DNA of 64,000 nucleotides from Leptogorgia sarmentosa (Eukaryota): NCBI GenBank assembly GCA_964658305.1, contig OZ210885.1, positions 2,356,001 to 2,420,000 of the forward strand, read 5' to 3'. Shown piece by piece: positions 1 to 12,353 of this stretch (position 1 is its first letter; each line of letters starts with the position of its first letter). The notes under the pieces were generated by a model. It saw only the letters and a program-made list of their open reading frames with translations, ran no database searches and was not told where the DNA came from. The position numbers and the translations under genes were made by a program.

Positions 1-400
1 AAGATGTAGCGATTATTGCATGCTATACAGAAACTAAGATTATATGCGCAAAAGGTGGCGAACGTAAGCGCCAGTTTCATGGGAAAAACAGATAAAAACG
101 GCTTTGATAAAAAAGAAACAAACATCGAACTTTATTATGGTTTTAAATTTACTAAATTCAGAAACCTTTCACAAAAAGAAAGCTCTGTTTATTATATATG
201 TCTTCGAATTTCACATGTTTATATAAGCAGGTCTTATTAGTTCCTTTTCATATATGCGAGAGTTCTTTGAGCCAGATATAGAAATACATGCCCGCTCATT
301 GCTCAATATTGAAAGTAACTAAGTAAGTAGGGTAGTAAACATTCAAAATCAGGCGGGATAATTAGAATAATTTATAGAATAATTAGAATTAGTTACATAC

Positions 401-1891
401 CACGGCACTCTCCTGCCCAAAATTCCGCCCAGCCTTCGTTGAATGCGAAACCATTATTGGTTCTCTTCCCACAATGATGATGCTGTGTGTAGGAGTGCCT
501 GTCGAAATTAAACCATTGCACTTGAGGAGGATGTTACATTCATTTCGCTGATGTTAAAAATTCATGAGCAAATTTCAAAAGTTTGTTGAGGGTCCTGAAG
601 GGGGTTTCTATTCCCATTTCCCAGCCCAAATTTTAACTAAATCCCAAGGGTCCAAGAGCAGAAATCCCATTGTCTCAATGGATGTCCTGCTCAAATCTTA
701 ATCCCATCCCCATTTTCTATTGTTTTATCGATGATGAATCCCAGTCCCAGTGCATGAAATCCCTTTTTCCCAGTCAAAAATAAGCAAATCCCAGTTCCCA
801 TTTTACCCCTTCAGGACCCTCTTTGTTTTTCTCATGTAATTTTTTCAGCTTTTGAGAGATTGTATTAAAAAATGCGTCGTCTCATGAAGCCACCTGATAG
901 CATCAACGGATGAAAAACCTCGTAATTTAATCTCACTGCTGAAGCAAATGAGCAATATCAAGCTGCCTTTCAGGAGCTAGCTTAGGTAGACATTCACTGG
1001 CCAAATTTGCTGGTTGCGAATATTGTTCTATGTGTGCAAGTAGCTGTAAATTATTCAACAGTGCGCCGTAGTGCATGAAGGAACTGTTAAATTGCATTAC
1101 GTCAAATGTCCTGGGGAGAGGGTTTGCATTGGCGGGGGTGTTGGGGGGAAAGGTTGTGATGGAGAAAGGAGGGGTGATTAGAGCGGGGGTGATCAAAACA
1201 AAAATGTTAAATTAACATACCTGACAACATCTCCCAAAAAGTGAGCAAAGTTGCTGTCGAAGGAGTGTCTGATGGTGTGGGCAAACTCGTGTTTCGCTGT
1301 TCTATATGTGATGGCGCTTTTCTTCCCGGGAATGCGTATTGTGTCGGTGGTAGCGTACGCCGTTCCTCCGTGGATGATGGCGTTGGTTCGGATGTACAGG
1401 GTACTGTAAGGTAGAGGGCTTTTAGCTACTTCTTTGTAGTGTCTCAACGCCTTGTAAAACTGGACATATGACGAGCAATGAAGGCTCTTGAAGTTGATGG
1501 TGCCAAAATTGATGTAGCTTTTGTACGATTTCTTTGAAGATTTTCCCCATCGAGCTATTTTGAAGATTCTCACCACTTTTAGTTTTCCGTAGGTGCCAGA
1601 ATAGCTGTACTTTACCCTAATGTAGGGATCTGGTTTTCCGCGGAAGCCGTCACGCCCCGAACCGTTCACATTGAAAGACCCCGACGCTGTCGCAGTTGTT
1701 GAACCCATTTTGTCATCGAAGATCAGATCTTTGTCCATCAGGTCAACCTGGACATACGGCATTGGTTGACCGTAGCATGTTATCTTGCCAACTGCACGAA
1801 CTGGCCAGTTTTTCGTCTTTGGCAGAAGCCAGGCGTCTGCGAAGCAAGCAAGAAAAACACTCGCTAGAAAGACTTGTGCAAAATAACGCAT
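401..1891 (-). CDS. Secreted protein: transthyretin-like (TTR-52 type) N-terminal domain plus gluzincin Zn-metallopeptidase motif; 3' end not found in the window
   Basis: Exon 1 1891..1221: signal peptide MRYFAQVFLASVFLACFADA, VRAVGKITC..VDLMDKD..DDKMG..GSFNVNG..PDPYIRV, HEFAH; donor AG|GTATGT. Exon 2 498..401 (acceptor TTTCGACAG, donor G|GTATGT) continues in phase as RHSYTQHHHCGKRTNNGFAFNEGWAEFWAGECR. Confidence 0.8.
588..821. mobile_element. MITE in intron 1 of the protease gene
   Basis: 16-bp TIR GAGGGTCCTGAAGGGG (588-603) / CCCCTTCAGGACCCTC (806-821); internal AATCCCA repeats; a degenerate related stretch at ~53750-53875. Confidence 0.7.
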
Positions 1892-3235
1892 ACTTTTTCG
1901 TAGCTGATACGACTTATAGGAATATCGTCAAATTTAAAGCTCCGTCGACGAACAGGTGTGTGCTGCAAGCTGGATAGACTGATGTGAAATCCAAATCCAC
2001 CGTCTTCGGTATATCAAGTCCTCCAAAAAATACCCAAAAACCCTTGCGTGCTGTGTTTAATTTGTTTAAGAGTGTGCGCATCGGTGACCGTTGTTTTTCC
2101 CAGTTTGTTTATCAAGCTAGATCTAGCAACTAATTCCTGAAAAATGAATTCAATGGAAACATTCAATCTGTTTTTAGGTAGTGTGTAGAACGTTTTCCCT
2201 TGCTGATGGTTCGTATGCGTTATCTACACTAGCCACATATTGAAGTATAGCACCAGAACTTCCGTTTGAATTGAACTGCAAAATGCGTTTTAGCAATGAG
2301 CTTAAATTTTGACAGCTGAGAATCATCCTGTTGACTTTACTATGGAATGAGGAATTGCTTTATGTATTTCATTATGTGCGCCCATATCAAGACATATCCT
2401 CTAGTAACCCTATCTGTTGACTTATAGATAAATTAGTTTGTTCAGTGTTTCAATAATGTAATGATATTTTTCGACAGTAATAGGTTTTCTATATTCCTAC
2501 TCCAGGAAAACTGTTATTTATTGTATTAGTTCCATCCTGAATTCCCCGCAAAGTGTAATTCCGTTCGACATCCTCATCTGTCCTGGCTTATGTTCATTTA
2601 GGGTCCGTTTCAGCTCAGTATTGTCTATATTGACCATCACATAGCCGGTTGCATGGAGACGAGCATTATGTTGAGGTAAATATCTTTGAGAACGTTTGTC
2701 GACCTTTAGACTATAGATTTTATAGTCTCGAGTCATCATCAGAAGTGAATGAAATTATTATCAAATATATATAAATGAATGATATAAATATGATATATAC
2801 TGTATAATATTATCAAATATATTTATTACATGCATGCTGACATCTATTACATGCTATACAGGTCATCATCGTCAGTTAAATATTATTAGTACTCTAGGAC
2901 TTCAGCCCAACTTTAAACAAAGTTCTAGTCCGAAGATTTCAACAAGATTGGTATCAAGTCTGATCGGGAAAGATGAAATTTTCAGATTATGAAAAAAATC
3001 GATTTAGTTTATATAGTTGGAAGTGATTCTTTGATAGGGAGCATTGTTCAACTCTATCGCGCGATTATTTTACAATTATTAAAAAGAAAGTTCAAGATGG
3101 TAAGTTATGTTAGAGATTTGATCAGGCGCCGGTTGAGCCTAAACGGTGGATAAGCCAAAATTTAATAACACTCTCACAATTCTTGTAAACGTATATGAAT
3201 TTAAATTTCCTAATAGTTTTGATGTAATTTAATTC

Positions 3236-3632
3236 TTCACATGAGGATATAAATTATATGGTTATTCTCACTTCTAAACTGTCGCTTGCTAATCGAGTTT
3301 CTCTTCATTCTGCTGCGTTGGCGAAATGCGTGATATATTTTGATTAATTCCCAAATGAAAGTTCATGGATTTTTTACCTAGTAAACAAAATAAAATAAAA
3401 TTTTGCTTTTTTCTATGAATCGCATAAAAGATTTTAATCTCTTAACAGTCCTTAAAAGTCCTTTGTGTAATTTTCATCGCCTCTCCCAGCAAGCTTTTCG
3501 CGCTCGTATTCGTGACCGATGTTGATACAGCAGAACGAAGCAACACTCAGCAAGCGACAGTTTAGAAGTTAAGTATTTGCATTTTTATGAATTCATTTTT
3601 ATGAGAATAACCATGCATATACTCTCCTGTGA
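3236..3632. repeat. Inverted-repeat element
   Basis: ATGGTTATTCTCA..CTTCTAAACTGTCGCTTGCT mirrored by AGCAAGCGACAGTTTAGAAG..TGAGAATAACCAT. Confidence 0.55.
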
Positions 3633-3737
3633 GCAATTCAAAGTACGTTACACGCTGCGATTGGTCGGGCACAATACGCATTCTGGCGTATGAAAAATAC
3701 TGTTGAGTGTAGGACGGCCACCATTTAATTTCGTTTA

Positions 3738-4022
3738 GACCCGTTTCATATACGTCGAATTTAATCGCGTATGATCAAATGCAATTCAAACAATGGTTAA
3801 TGAACTGCCCCGTCCCCAGTCGCTTTTAAAAGTCAGTAATACAGTTACAGTATATCTAGCTCAGAGTACTTGAGGGGGTAAAAGTTCAATAGAGTTACCG
3901 CGGCTAATTGTATGCAGATATTAATAGCTTTTGGAGGAGGTAGGATAATGAAGTTAGTCACCTCGTTATCCATTGTTTGAATTGCATTCGACGCGACCAA
4001 AACTTGACGTATGAAACGGGCC
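3738..4022. mobile_element. TIR element (PIF/Harbinger-like MITE); partial copy at ~56123-56199
   Basis: GACCCGTTTCATATACGTC..AATGCAATTCAAACAATGG and CCATTGTTTGAATTGCATT..GACGTATGAAACGGGCC. The superfamily is inferred only. Confidence 0.55.
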
Positions 4023-5286
4023 TTCAATAAAGCCATAATTTTAAATGCGACCTCTTTATGCCTGCTCACCAGTGAACTCTAAAAGACTCGATCGTATCGA
4101 GTGGGAGTCGTGCCTGAAAAATCGTAGCGCGTGTTAACGTATCATTACATCAGAACTATATATATATATATCGAAACTAACAGTCTAACACCACACCAAG
4201 ACCCTGACATAACATGTATACAATCAGATTTTCTTTTCAGTGATTGTAAAATAATCGATAGAGCTAAACATCGGTCCCTATATTATTACTGTTTAAAGAT
4301 CTGGAATAACTTGCAAGACGCAGAGGTCCAATGTTATGTGAAACGGGCGTTACAGTCGTCTCTTGCGCGATACACAGCCTTTGTTCACAAATACAATTTA
4401 TCCTTTTGTGTATCTCGTTGAATAAACAATTTTTACCACAGGGACCCGCATTTTAAAGATTTAAAATTGATGCAAACTGCTCTAAATCCTGCAAGTTTGA
4501 TATTCCCAACTGAGAAAGCTATATAGGTTGTCACACTTGTTAACGTTTTTGAGACATGCGCACAAGGGACTGTAACCTGTCTTCAGGGAAATAAGAACTA
4601 TACAAACAGGAACTGAGACAAAAAAGATTAGAAATGAAAGAAAAAATTGGAAAATAAAAGTTGTGCTCAACCAAAATTGGAATCGAACGTACTCAGTGTG
4701 CCAGGAAGTTTTCTTTTGCATAATCAATGTGCGTTTTTCAATTTCTCTAGAAAACAGTTCCCCTAGAAAGGTTACTCCGACAGTATAAACAGAAAGAGAC
4801 TAAATAAACCCTGTAAATAATACTAGTATATATAAGTAAATCTTTCAAAGTCCTTGGTAATAAATTAACACTTTTACTTTACTGAGACGCCGTGCAAATA
4901 GTACCACGTTCCTTCTGAGAACAATTCACTCACAAATATATAACCCCCCCCCAATATTGAAAACGTTCCTACGCCCTTATGTAAACAACGTTTGAGGTAT
5001 TTTGTTTGTGTTGCCCCAGCAAACAAAGGAGAGCGACAAAAGGCGTTGAATATATTAATTAAACTGTTGGTTTTCGTTGGGAGGTCGTCAAATGGGAAAT
5101 GACCGGAAAACCGGCAAAAAACTTTGCAATTTTAAGCTGACCCGTGTAATTCATTTTATTGACCAATTTTGTTGATTTTACATTCTGATTGCTATAGTAT
5201 ATAATTTTAACTTTGTGAATATAAAGTCCCAAATAAATTTCAATGTTATTGCTAGTTTATCACTTCAATTTGTCTTACATGTTGAT

Positions 5287-6036
5287 TTAAACCTTCTGTG
5301 GCTGTGAGCAACCTTGAGGCTTTGGACTGCCTTGATAAGTGTCACAAATGAGCTGAATAAGATTATTTTGTGCCTCAGACTGTATTCTCTCCGTATGTAC
5401 ACCATTTAATGTCACCCATGGTACGTACTGATGCGGTGGCTGTAAGGCATTGGTTCTCAAACCCATCTCATGCTCTAACTGGTTTCCCAAAGATCCCTCA
5501 ACACATGACCGAATTTGGGAATAATCCAAACCAAGTTTCGATGCACATTCAGAAGCGATGTCCCGTGGCAGGGACGTGGATGATTCAATACAGTAAATGA
5601 AGGGGAAAAAGACTGTAGCATTGGAATGGTAATGTATAGCACATGTCTCGATAAGATTTCCATAACATTCTTCCTGGCCATGTTGACATTCGAACAACCA
5701 CTTGCCTCCCTGTTGTTGTTCTTCAGCATTTCCATAAGGCACGAGCGCCAGGTTCATGATACTACCAACAGCTTTGAAAGCCGGCGAGAGTTGTTGCTTG
5801 ATGAAGTCTTTACAATCTGGGCAAAGGCTTTCTAAATACAGCGTAAAACTCACAAGCGGTGCTTTGGATTTTGGTAGCGGTGTTAAATATGGCTCGCATT
5901 GCTTCTCAACGTTACATAACCTGGCTACTTCCCGAGATGAACACCACACACTCGGTGGAAGAGCACAAGATTGTGAAGCTTCAGTGTAAAAGAAGAAAAC
6001 ACTTAACAAAATAACTGACAGCATTCTTGATTCCAT
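5287..6036 (-). CDS. IFI30: Gamma-interferon-inducible lysosomal thiol reductase (GILT) paralogue 1, with N-terminal saposin-A-like module
   Basis: Intronless 249-aa ORF; signal peptide; CALPPSVWCSS..ARLCNVEKQC; active site ESLCPDC; GILT signature CQHGQEECYGNLIETC; YVPW. Confidence 0.95.
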   Translation of the reverse strand: MESRMLSVILLSVFFFYTEASQSCALPPSVWCSSREVARLCNVEKQCEPYLTPLPKSKAPLVSFTLYLESLCPDCKDFIKQQLSPAFKAVGSIMNLALVPYGNAEEQQQGGKWLFECQHGQEECYGNLIETCAIHYHSNATVFFPFIYCIESSTSLPRDIASECASKLGLDYSQIRSCVEGSLGNQLEHEMGLRTNALQPPHQYVPWVTLNGVHTERIQSEAQNNLIQLICDTYQGSPKPQGCSQPQKV

Positions 6037-8012
6037 TGCTAAGCAGTAAAATAAATTAATATGACTTATTCAACACAGACAACACTACTCGACGAGGCAG
6101 ACTCTTTGTTTGCATTGCCTCTCATGTACCTGCATGATTGTCACGAGATTTTTGTTGCGTAATACACATGACGAAGTCATGCTAGAGTTGAATAATTGAG
6201 TGCACACTGAGGATCGTAATTACCCGGTGGGCGGAGCATACCCGGTATAGCTTTCGGTGTCGCGTGTTTTTTTTCGGACACAAATCTAGCATCTGTCGCC
6301 GAGATTTCAACGTTTTGCCGGTCTGTTGCTGACCTTTTAGGCAAGCTATCGGTAAATAAAAATACCACCGTTCCAATATTGCGCCGAATTCTGGTCGCGT
6401 CTTGTGTGTGTTCGGCTCAAATAGAACAACAGCTGAATAATCTTCAGGGTGTAGGGAGCAGATTAGCACGTTGAAGTGGGGGGGGGGCATCTGAGGAAAA
6501 GGGCATTTGACATTGACACGCGTATACACAAAAAACAGCTATTATTTGGGTTGCCATTTTCAGACTTGCCTTACTATAAATGACACTTTACCTCGAGGAA
6601 GAAGGGCACTTTTTTAGTGATTTGTAAAAGCTGGGGGCAGCCGGTTCCTACGCTCTTGATTCTCTTTTAGCTATAATAAAGAACAAAGAGCTTCTTTCAT
6701 GATAGAAAATGGTTAATTTGCATCTAGTTGTTATTCAATAAAATATATACTGTCTATTTACGTGGTTAACGAATATTCCAAGGATGACAATAAGAAGCCA
6801 TTCAAGCCAATTTTGCATACACGAAAAGATGATGCTATCAATTGTTTTTGTATAAACAAAATTTGAAAACCTCATGGAGGTGTAGTTTTTCATATTTTAT
6901 AGCAGTTCATGTGAACTGGATATTTCCCCCGCTTTATCGGATGCTGTCATGAATCTAGTTGATCAATAGTGATTAGTGAGTGCGTGAAAACCGACATATA
7001 AATGGTTTCATAATACCATAATTAATAATACCGACATAATACCTAGGTATTACGCAATAGACCATTTATATGCCTTGTATATAACTTATATAGTAAAATT
7101 ACAAATCACATTAACACTCCACATCATTCGACAATCATTTTAAAATTAAGTTGTTGACTTGGAGAAGGGTGCAGCTTCTCTGACATTATGATAATGATAA
7201 TTAATTGCATTGATTTATTTTAAGACTGCTGACTGTTGTCCGCCAAAACCAGATGCTAAATACGACCCATGGTTGAAACAAAAGGAAAGGGATCAACTTT
7301 GGAGAAAAATGTTGTGTACTTTGAACATCTATCCTAAAATATTTGAAAATAATTGAAGCATTCAGAAACATTATTGTATGATATTCCCATGGTGATCACA
7401 AAAACCAACACCCGAGTTCAATATATATCTTTTATCAGGTAATAATATTTAATAAGGAAAACTTTTTCATTTTACAATGATTTCCAAAAAGGACCTGACA
7501 TAATACATTAACACTATACATTAATTAAACTACATTAAACTAATACAATAAGTCCTATACAATCAATGTACGAAACATTGTACGTTTAGTCCTCTTACAA
7601 ATTTTAGTAAATCTTCTATGATTCAGAGTATATAATTTTCTTCTTTCAGATTTGCTCAATTATAGGCCTATACGTAATTCATAAAAAAATAACACTTAGG
7701 ACTATTAGGACACCTAAATGACTATATATATTTATGGATATTTTTTACTCTTAGAGTTCTTTCATCAAGTTCAGGCAATATGCCGCCGATGCTAATAAAA
7801 TAATTAATTAAATCAGTAATTGTTTACGTTGCAAAACCCTATATGGCTCTCTTTCATCCACATGTAAGTACGGCTAATTGAGTCGGCATAAAAGACGTTC
7901 TATAACTGCAATTGGCTCCAGTTTACATCTGGGTGTGCTAATGGTATGGTTAGTGCTTAGATCGCAAACAATTCACAATTAAACAGCAACTCTTAACTTA
8001 TCAGTTAACATT

Positions 8013-8712
8013 ATGGGGGAAAAAACCTTGGAAAATGATCAATGTCTCAACATTGTTGGCGAAGAACTAGGAATTGATGTTGCGATTTCGCAAAACATAT
8101 GCAAGGTCCTCAACGAAGCGGTACAAAGCATGGTGGTGGATCTTCCTCCTGAAAAGAGCAAAGATCGAGTGCGGCGTCCTATGAATGCGTTCATGATTTA
8201 CTCTCGCACTGCAAGAAAAGCCATGGCCAAACACTACCCAACATTGAGTTATCAAAAGTTAAGCAAAGCGCTTGGGAAGATCTGGAAAGTCATGGGTCCC
8301 GAAGAAAAAAAACCTTTCATAGAAGAAGCTACAAGACTGCGACTTTTGCACAGGAAAGAGCACCCCGATTTTAAGTTTACGTCGTATAAAAAACAAAAAC
8401 CAAAAGGGACTGTTGTCAAAAAGTCGGACAAGAGATGTTTAACAAATGTTCAAGATCTGCTGCTGTTGATTCAAGGCGCACATTACAACCTGCAACTGCA
8501 TCAGCGAAATCAAATTGCAATTGGTAGCCTTCTCAAACGAAATGAAGGCAAAAACTTTCCAAATAAAAACACTGAGTAAATGACAGTCGAAAAATAATCA
8601 TCTTGACTTTTCAGAACTTGAAGTTCACAAGGTGCAGAAAGAGATACAGAGGCTTAAGTTTAGGATTTTACGTTTGAACAGCATGTCAAATGGAAGAGAA
8701 GCATCGAATTAG
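8013..8712 (+). CDS. Sox (SoxE-like, divergent) HMG-box transcription factor
   Basis: HMG box RVRRPMNAFMIY..LSKALGKIW..EKKPFIEEATRLR..HPDFKF (~8166-8381). The unspliced ORF ends at 8579. A probable 91-nt intron 8524-8614 (G|GTAGCC..CTTTTCAG) gives exon 2 8615-8712 and a 202-aa product. Confidence 0.85.
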
Positions 8713-9601
8713 CTAGCTATGTATTTTATAGCCTTTAACATGCAGTAGCAGTTGCATGCTGAGTACAGTATTAGCGTACTCGTGATCAATCGCATGTAAA
8801 ATTAATTGGCATCTATAATATTTATATTCGAATCTGAACTAATGATTCGATATATGATCTGACAAATTATGCTGGAATGTTCCAATCCAAATTTTACTTT
8901 TGTTTTGCTAACTTTACAATTCAGAAAAAACTAAACATTTAACTCTAATTTCACGACAGTTAATTGACAATCGACTTTTTGTATAGAAAAGCAGTATTAT
9001 ACCATCCAGGATAATATACCACGTATATGACATTCATCTGTTTATAATTTATAATTAGTATAAGCCTTTTTTAATATGTTAACTATAATAAAGTGATTGA
9101 TTGAATATACTGGCTTTTGTAAACAGTTATATGGCTGAATTACACGCCTATTTCACGGGAAAAGTCACATTCACACTCACGAATGATCTTGACCGCCTGA
9201 TAGTTGGGAAACAGCTGGGTTTCAATCACATGCTATACTACGTTAATTAACACTTTGGGTCATTCCCAATCCCACAATACATATTTGAAGCGGCAGTATG
9301 TATAAAGTCGACCACCATGCAAGTGTTTCGCTATTATACAATTCCCCTTTCCGAAGTGTTTCCGACGACTCAAATGTGCAACTTTCGCGAGCGCTCATAG
9401 TAGACGTGAAAGGCTTCTTTCAAGTTCAGTTTGCCATTAGTTCATGGCTTCATGCGTCATATTAAATTGGTTAGGGATAAAACGAGGTTGCGGATGCGGA
9501 TGACGGATAAGAAAATACGGATGAGAAAAAATTCAATTATGAAAATATAGTGAAGAATATCGAAAACGAGATTAGAATACATTGCGTCAGAAGTAAGAAA
9601 T

Positions 9602-9758
9602 AATAAACAATTATTGAGGCCGAGTAGGATATGAGGAATTATTCAGGCCTCGGTTTGTGTTATCTGCCGAAGCCGAAGGCTGAGGCAGATAACACAAATC
9701 GAGGCCTGAATAATTCCCCATATCCTACGAGGACCGAATTCAATAATTGTTTTATTAT
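9602..9758. repeat. Long palindromic element (GAA-loop family)
   Basis: Arms AACAATTATTGA..GGCCTCGGTTTGTGTTATCTGCC / GGCAGATAACACAAATCGAGGCC..CAATAATTGTT; centre GCCGAAGGC at 9672-9680. Confidence 0.85.
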
Positions 9759-10632
9759 TTATTTGTATATAGCGCTTGCAAAAACACGCAATTGCAAGGT
9801 ACTGGAAATAGAACAATAATATAGTGTTCGCAAGACTGAATAAGCCAATCAGACTACAAGAGAAAATGTTCTTATAGCTGTTGTACAATTCAAGGTAGCG
9901 CCGTCAGAGCAATTCAACATAGCTAAACAAAAATTAAATCAAACAAATTTATTTCAACTCAATATAAACGTTTGGAAGAACCTTTCCTTTGAGGAAGCCA
10001 TTTGTATTTCCCACAATTTTCCCGCTTTTGGCATATGCAGAATAAATTAGTCGACGTCATAATGTCGTATAATTTTCATTATTATATACACAAGCGCTGG
10101 TATGAGCTATTCTGCAATCTGATTGGTTCCCTACTAGCAGGATATTAGCTCATATCCTGCTGGTACAGAAATGTAAACAAAATTGCTGAAAGAGCGAAGC
10201 CGGAATTGAAGTTTTCAACAGTTAAAAAAACGTCTTTGCGACCGATTAAAAGAATAAAATTAAAGAAGTTTAGTTGTAAATGTTTATTGTCCAGTTTTAA
10301 ATCTGGAAAACCAGACTCGACGCTGTAAAATTCATCGCTTGGATCGCTTGTTGCTGTTTGTTGACATTTTACAACGGTAAAATTTGTGTTGTACTTTCAA
10401 ATGCAGAAAAATACAGATGAAAACTGCTGAAATTTAAAACTAGCTATAGTTTAAACGAAACGTCGACTATCTTAATTCCGTAACTGTTGTTTTTTCCGTG
10501 CTTTTTGGCGTGTATTTATCAAGTAAAACTGTTTTAATTGTAAATATGTCGATTTCAAAGCGATAGAACACTTTGAAATTATATTCAGTTATTAACTAAA
10601 ATACAAATAAATTTGGAAGTTGTTTTTGTCCA

Positions 10633-10754
10633 ATAATAAAACAGTTATTCTGCTCACTCTCGCCGTATATGACTGATAGTCGACTCGGCGCTACGCGCCT
10701 CGTCGACTATCAGCCCATATACGACTCGAGTTCGCAGAATAACTGTTAAATATA
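10633..10754. repeat. Long palindromic element (GNA-loop family)
   Basis: AACAGTTATTCTGC..CTGATAGTCGAC / GTCGACTATCAG..GCAGAATAACTGTT; centre GGCGCTACGCGCC at 10687-10699. Confidence 0.85.
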
Positions 10755-12200
10755 CGACATAATTACGTCATAATGTCGTATATGAGGATTTATTGCACTG
10801 CTCTTAACCAATCAAAACTCCTAATTATTTCAAATAAATAATAATAATTAATACTATGTTGCGACGTAGCAGCGAAACATTTATTGACGGCGCGATAAAT
10901 TTTACTGAACTTGAACTGTTTATGAGTACGTATACTTTGAAATAGCCTGCTGGATCGGTCGTTCGTAGCTCGTTTGGTGGATCAGTGCAGAATATCAAGC
11001 AAGTCTATGTATTCTTTGGAGAATCGAAATAAAATTTTTCCGCAATCTAAAAACAACACATATATTTATTACTCAGTTAAAATTTCAGTTATTCACAAGA
11101 CGAATTGTGAAATTTCACTTATCCACATCGCTCTGAGAACATCGAATATAAATTGATTGGGGAAGAGATTGAAAGCTTCATTTTCCGGCGCGCACAAGAA
11201 CACAACGCCACGTTTCTTAAATTTCTTATCATCTCTATAGTTATGGTAGATATTATGCATTAGAATAAAACTATAGTTTACTGTATTTAAAACAAAGATT
11301 TATTATTACTACCTTAATAATAAAGATATTTTTATACCCAATCAGTATGATCTTGTAGTTATTCACGCATTTCAGCTTATAGCTGGATACAGCGCCGGAT
11401 TAACCCGTCATTGGGCCGGGGACAAACAAAAAGTAAAGGGCCGTAATTTGGTGAATATGAAAACATGAAACATATATGTAATCAAATTGAAAGTCTTGTC
11501 CATTATATCGTCAAGAACTATAATATGCATGAACATAGGGAATAGCATTTTAACGTGAAAGTGGCATTTACCACAGCGACATTAACTTAAGTGAGTCTAG
11601 TATTGGAACGTGATTCCACTAAATAATCTCGTAGATATCTTTCTAAAGCTATTTTTATTTTTTACACACAGCCATTTGTTGGGCTCGAGCTGTGTGATCC
11701 CAAATGATGGAAAGCTCATTTGATTTTTCTTTCGTAGTGAAACTATTGAAAACTATTCGCACACAAAAACCTTTAGAAATATACAGATGAGAGCCGGAAA
11801 GGTCGTTCAATGGACTGATTTCGTAATAGGCAACAATATGCATTCAGTAAAATTGCAATGTTTGGTTGCAAAATATGTTATAAAACACGTAAATTACAGC
11901 CGTGAAAATTAGCCAAATTTTGTATACCATTTGTATATTACGTGCGTCAATGGCATGCATGCAGTAATTACTAAAAAAAAAGAAAAAAAGTGATTACTAT
12001 AATGAAAATTTCCGCGCGTGAATATTTTAATTAATGCCGGTATAAAAATGTGCTAACTTTGAATGGCTAACTTTTGGATGCTCATCAAGACTGTTGTTGA
12101 CCAGAGTGTTTAAACGTTTAAAATGACATTCTGCTGTCAAACGAAGCATCAATTATTTGCCAAAATCGGTTAGACAATGATCACTGTGTGTAAACGTAGC

Positions 12201-12353
12201 TTAAAATAGTTTGGAACAATGAATCAGCGGAGGGTATGAACAAGATAATTATGTGAATTTTTTTTATCTGAAAGATTGATGAAATAGATAAAGTTTAACA
12301 TATAGTTAACTTGTTTATGCCCTCCAGTCAATCATTGTTCCAAACTATTTTTA
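12201..12353. repeat. Imperfect inverted-repeat element
   Basis: TAAAATAGTTTGGAACAATGA..GGAGGGTATGAACAAG / CTTGTTTATGCCCTCC..TCATTGTTCCAAACTATTTT. Confidence 0.55.

Noticed and set aside
5370..5989. Antisense and alternate-frame ORFs over GILT, SPT2 and LONRF exons
   Set aside because: Shadow ORFs of real coding exons with no independent motifs.
9631..9888. Overlapping ORFs on both strands
   Set aside because: Artefacts of a palindromic repeat.
10950..11030. tRNA-like GTAGCTCGTTTGGT motif
   Set aside because: A-box-like only; there is no convincing B box or cloverleaf.
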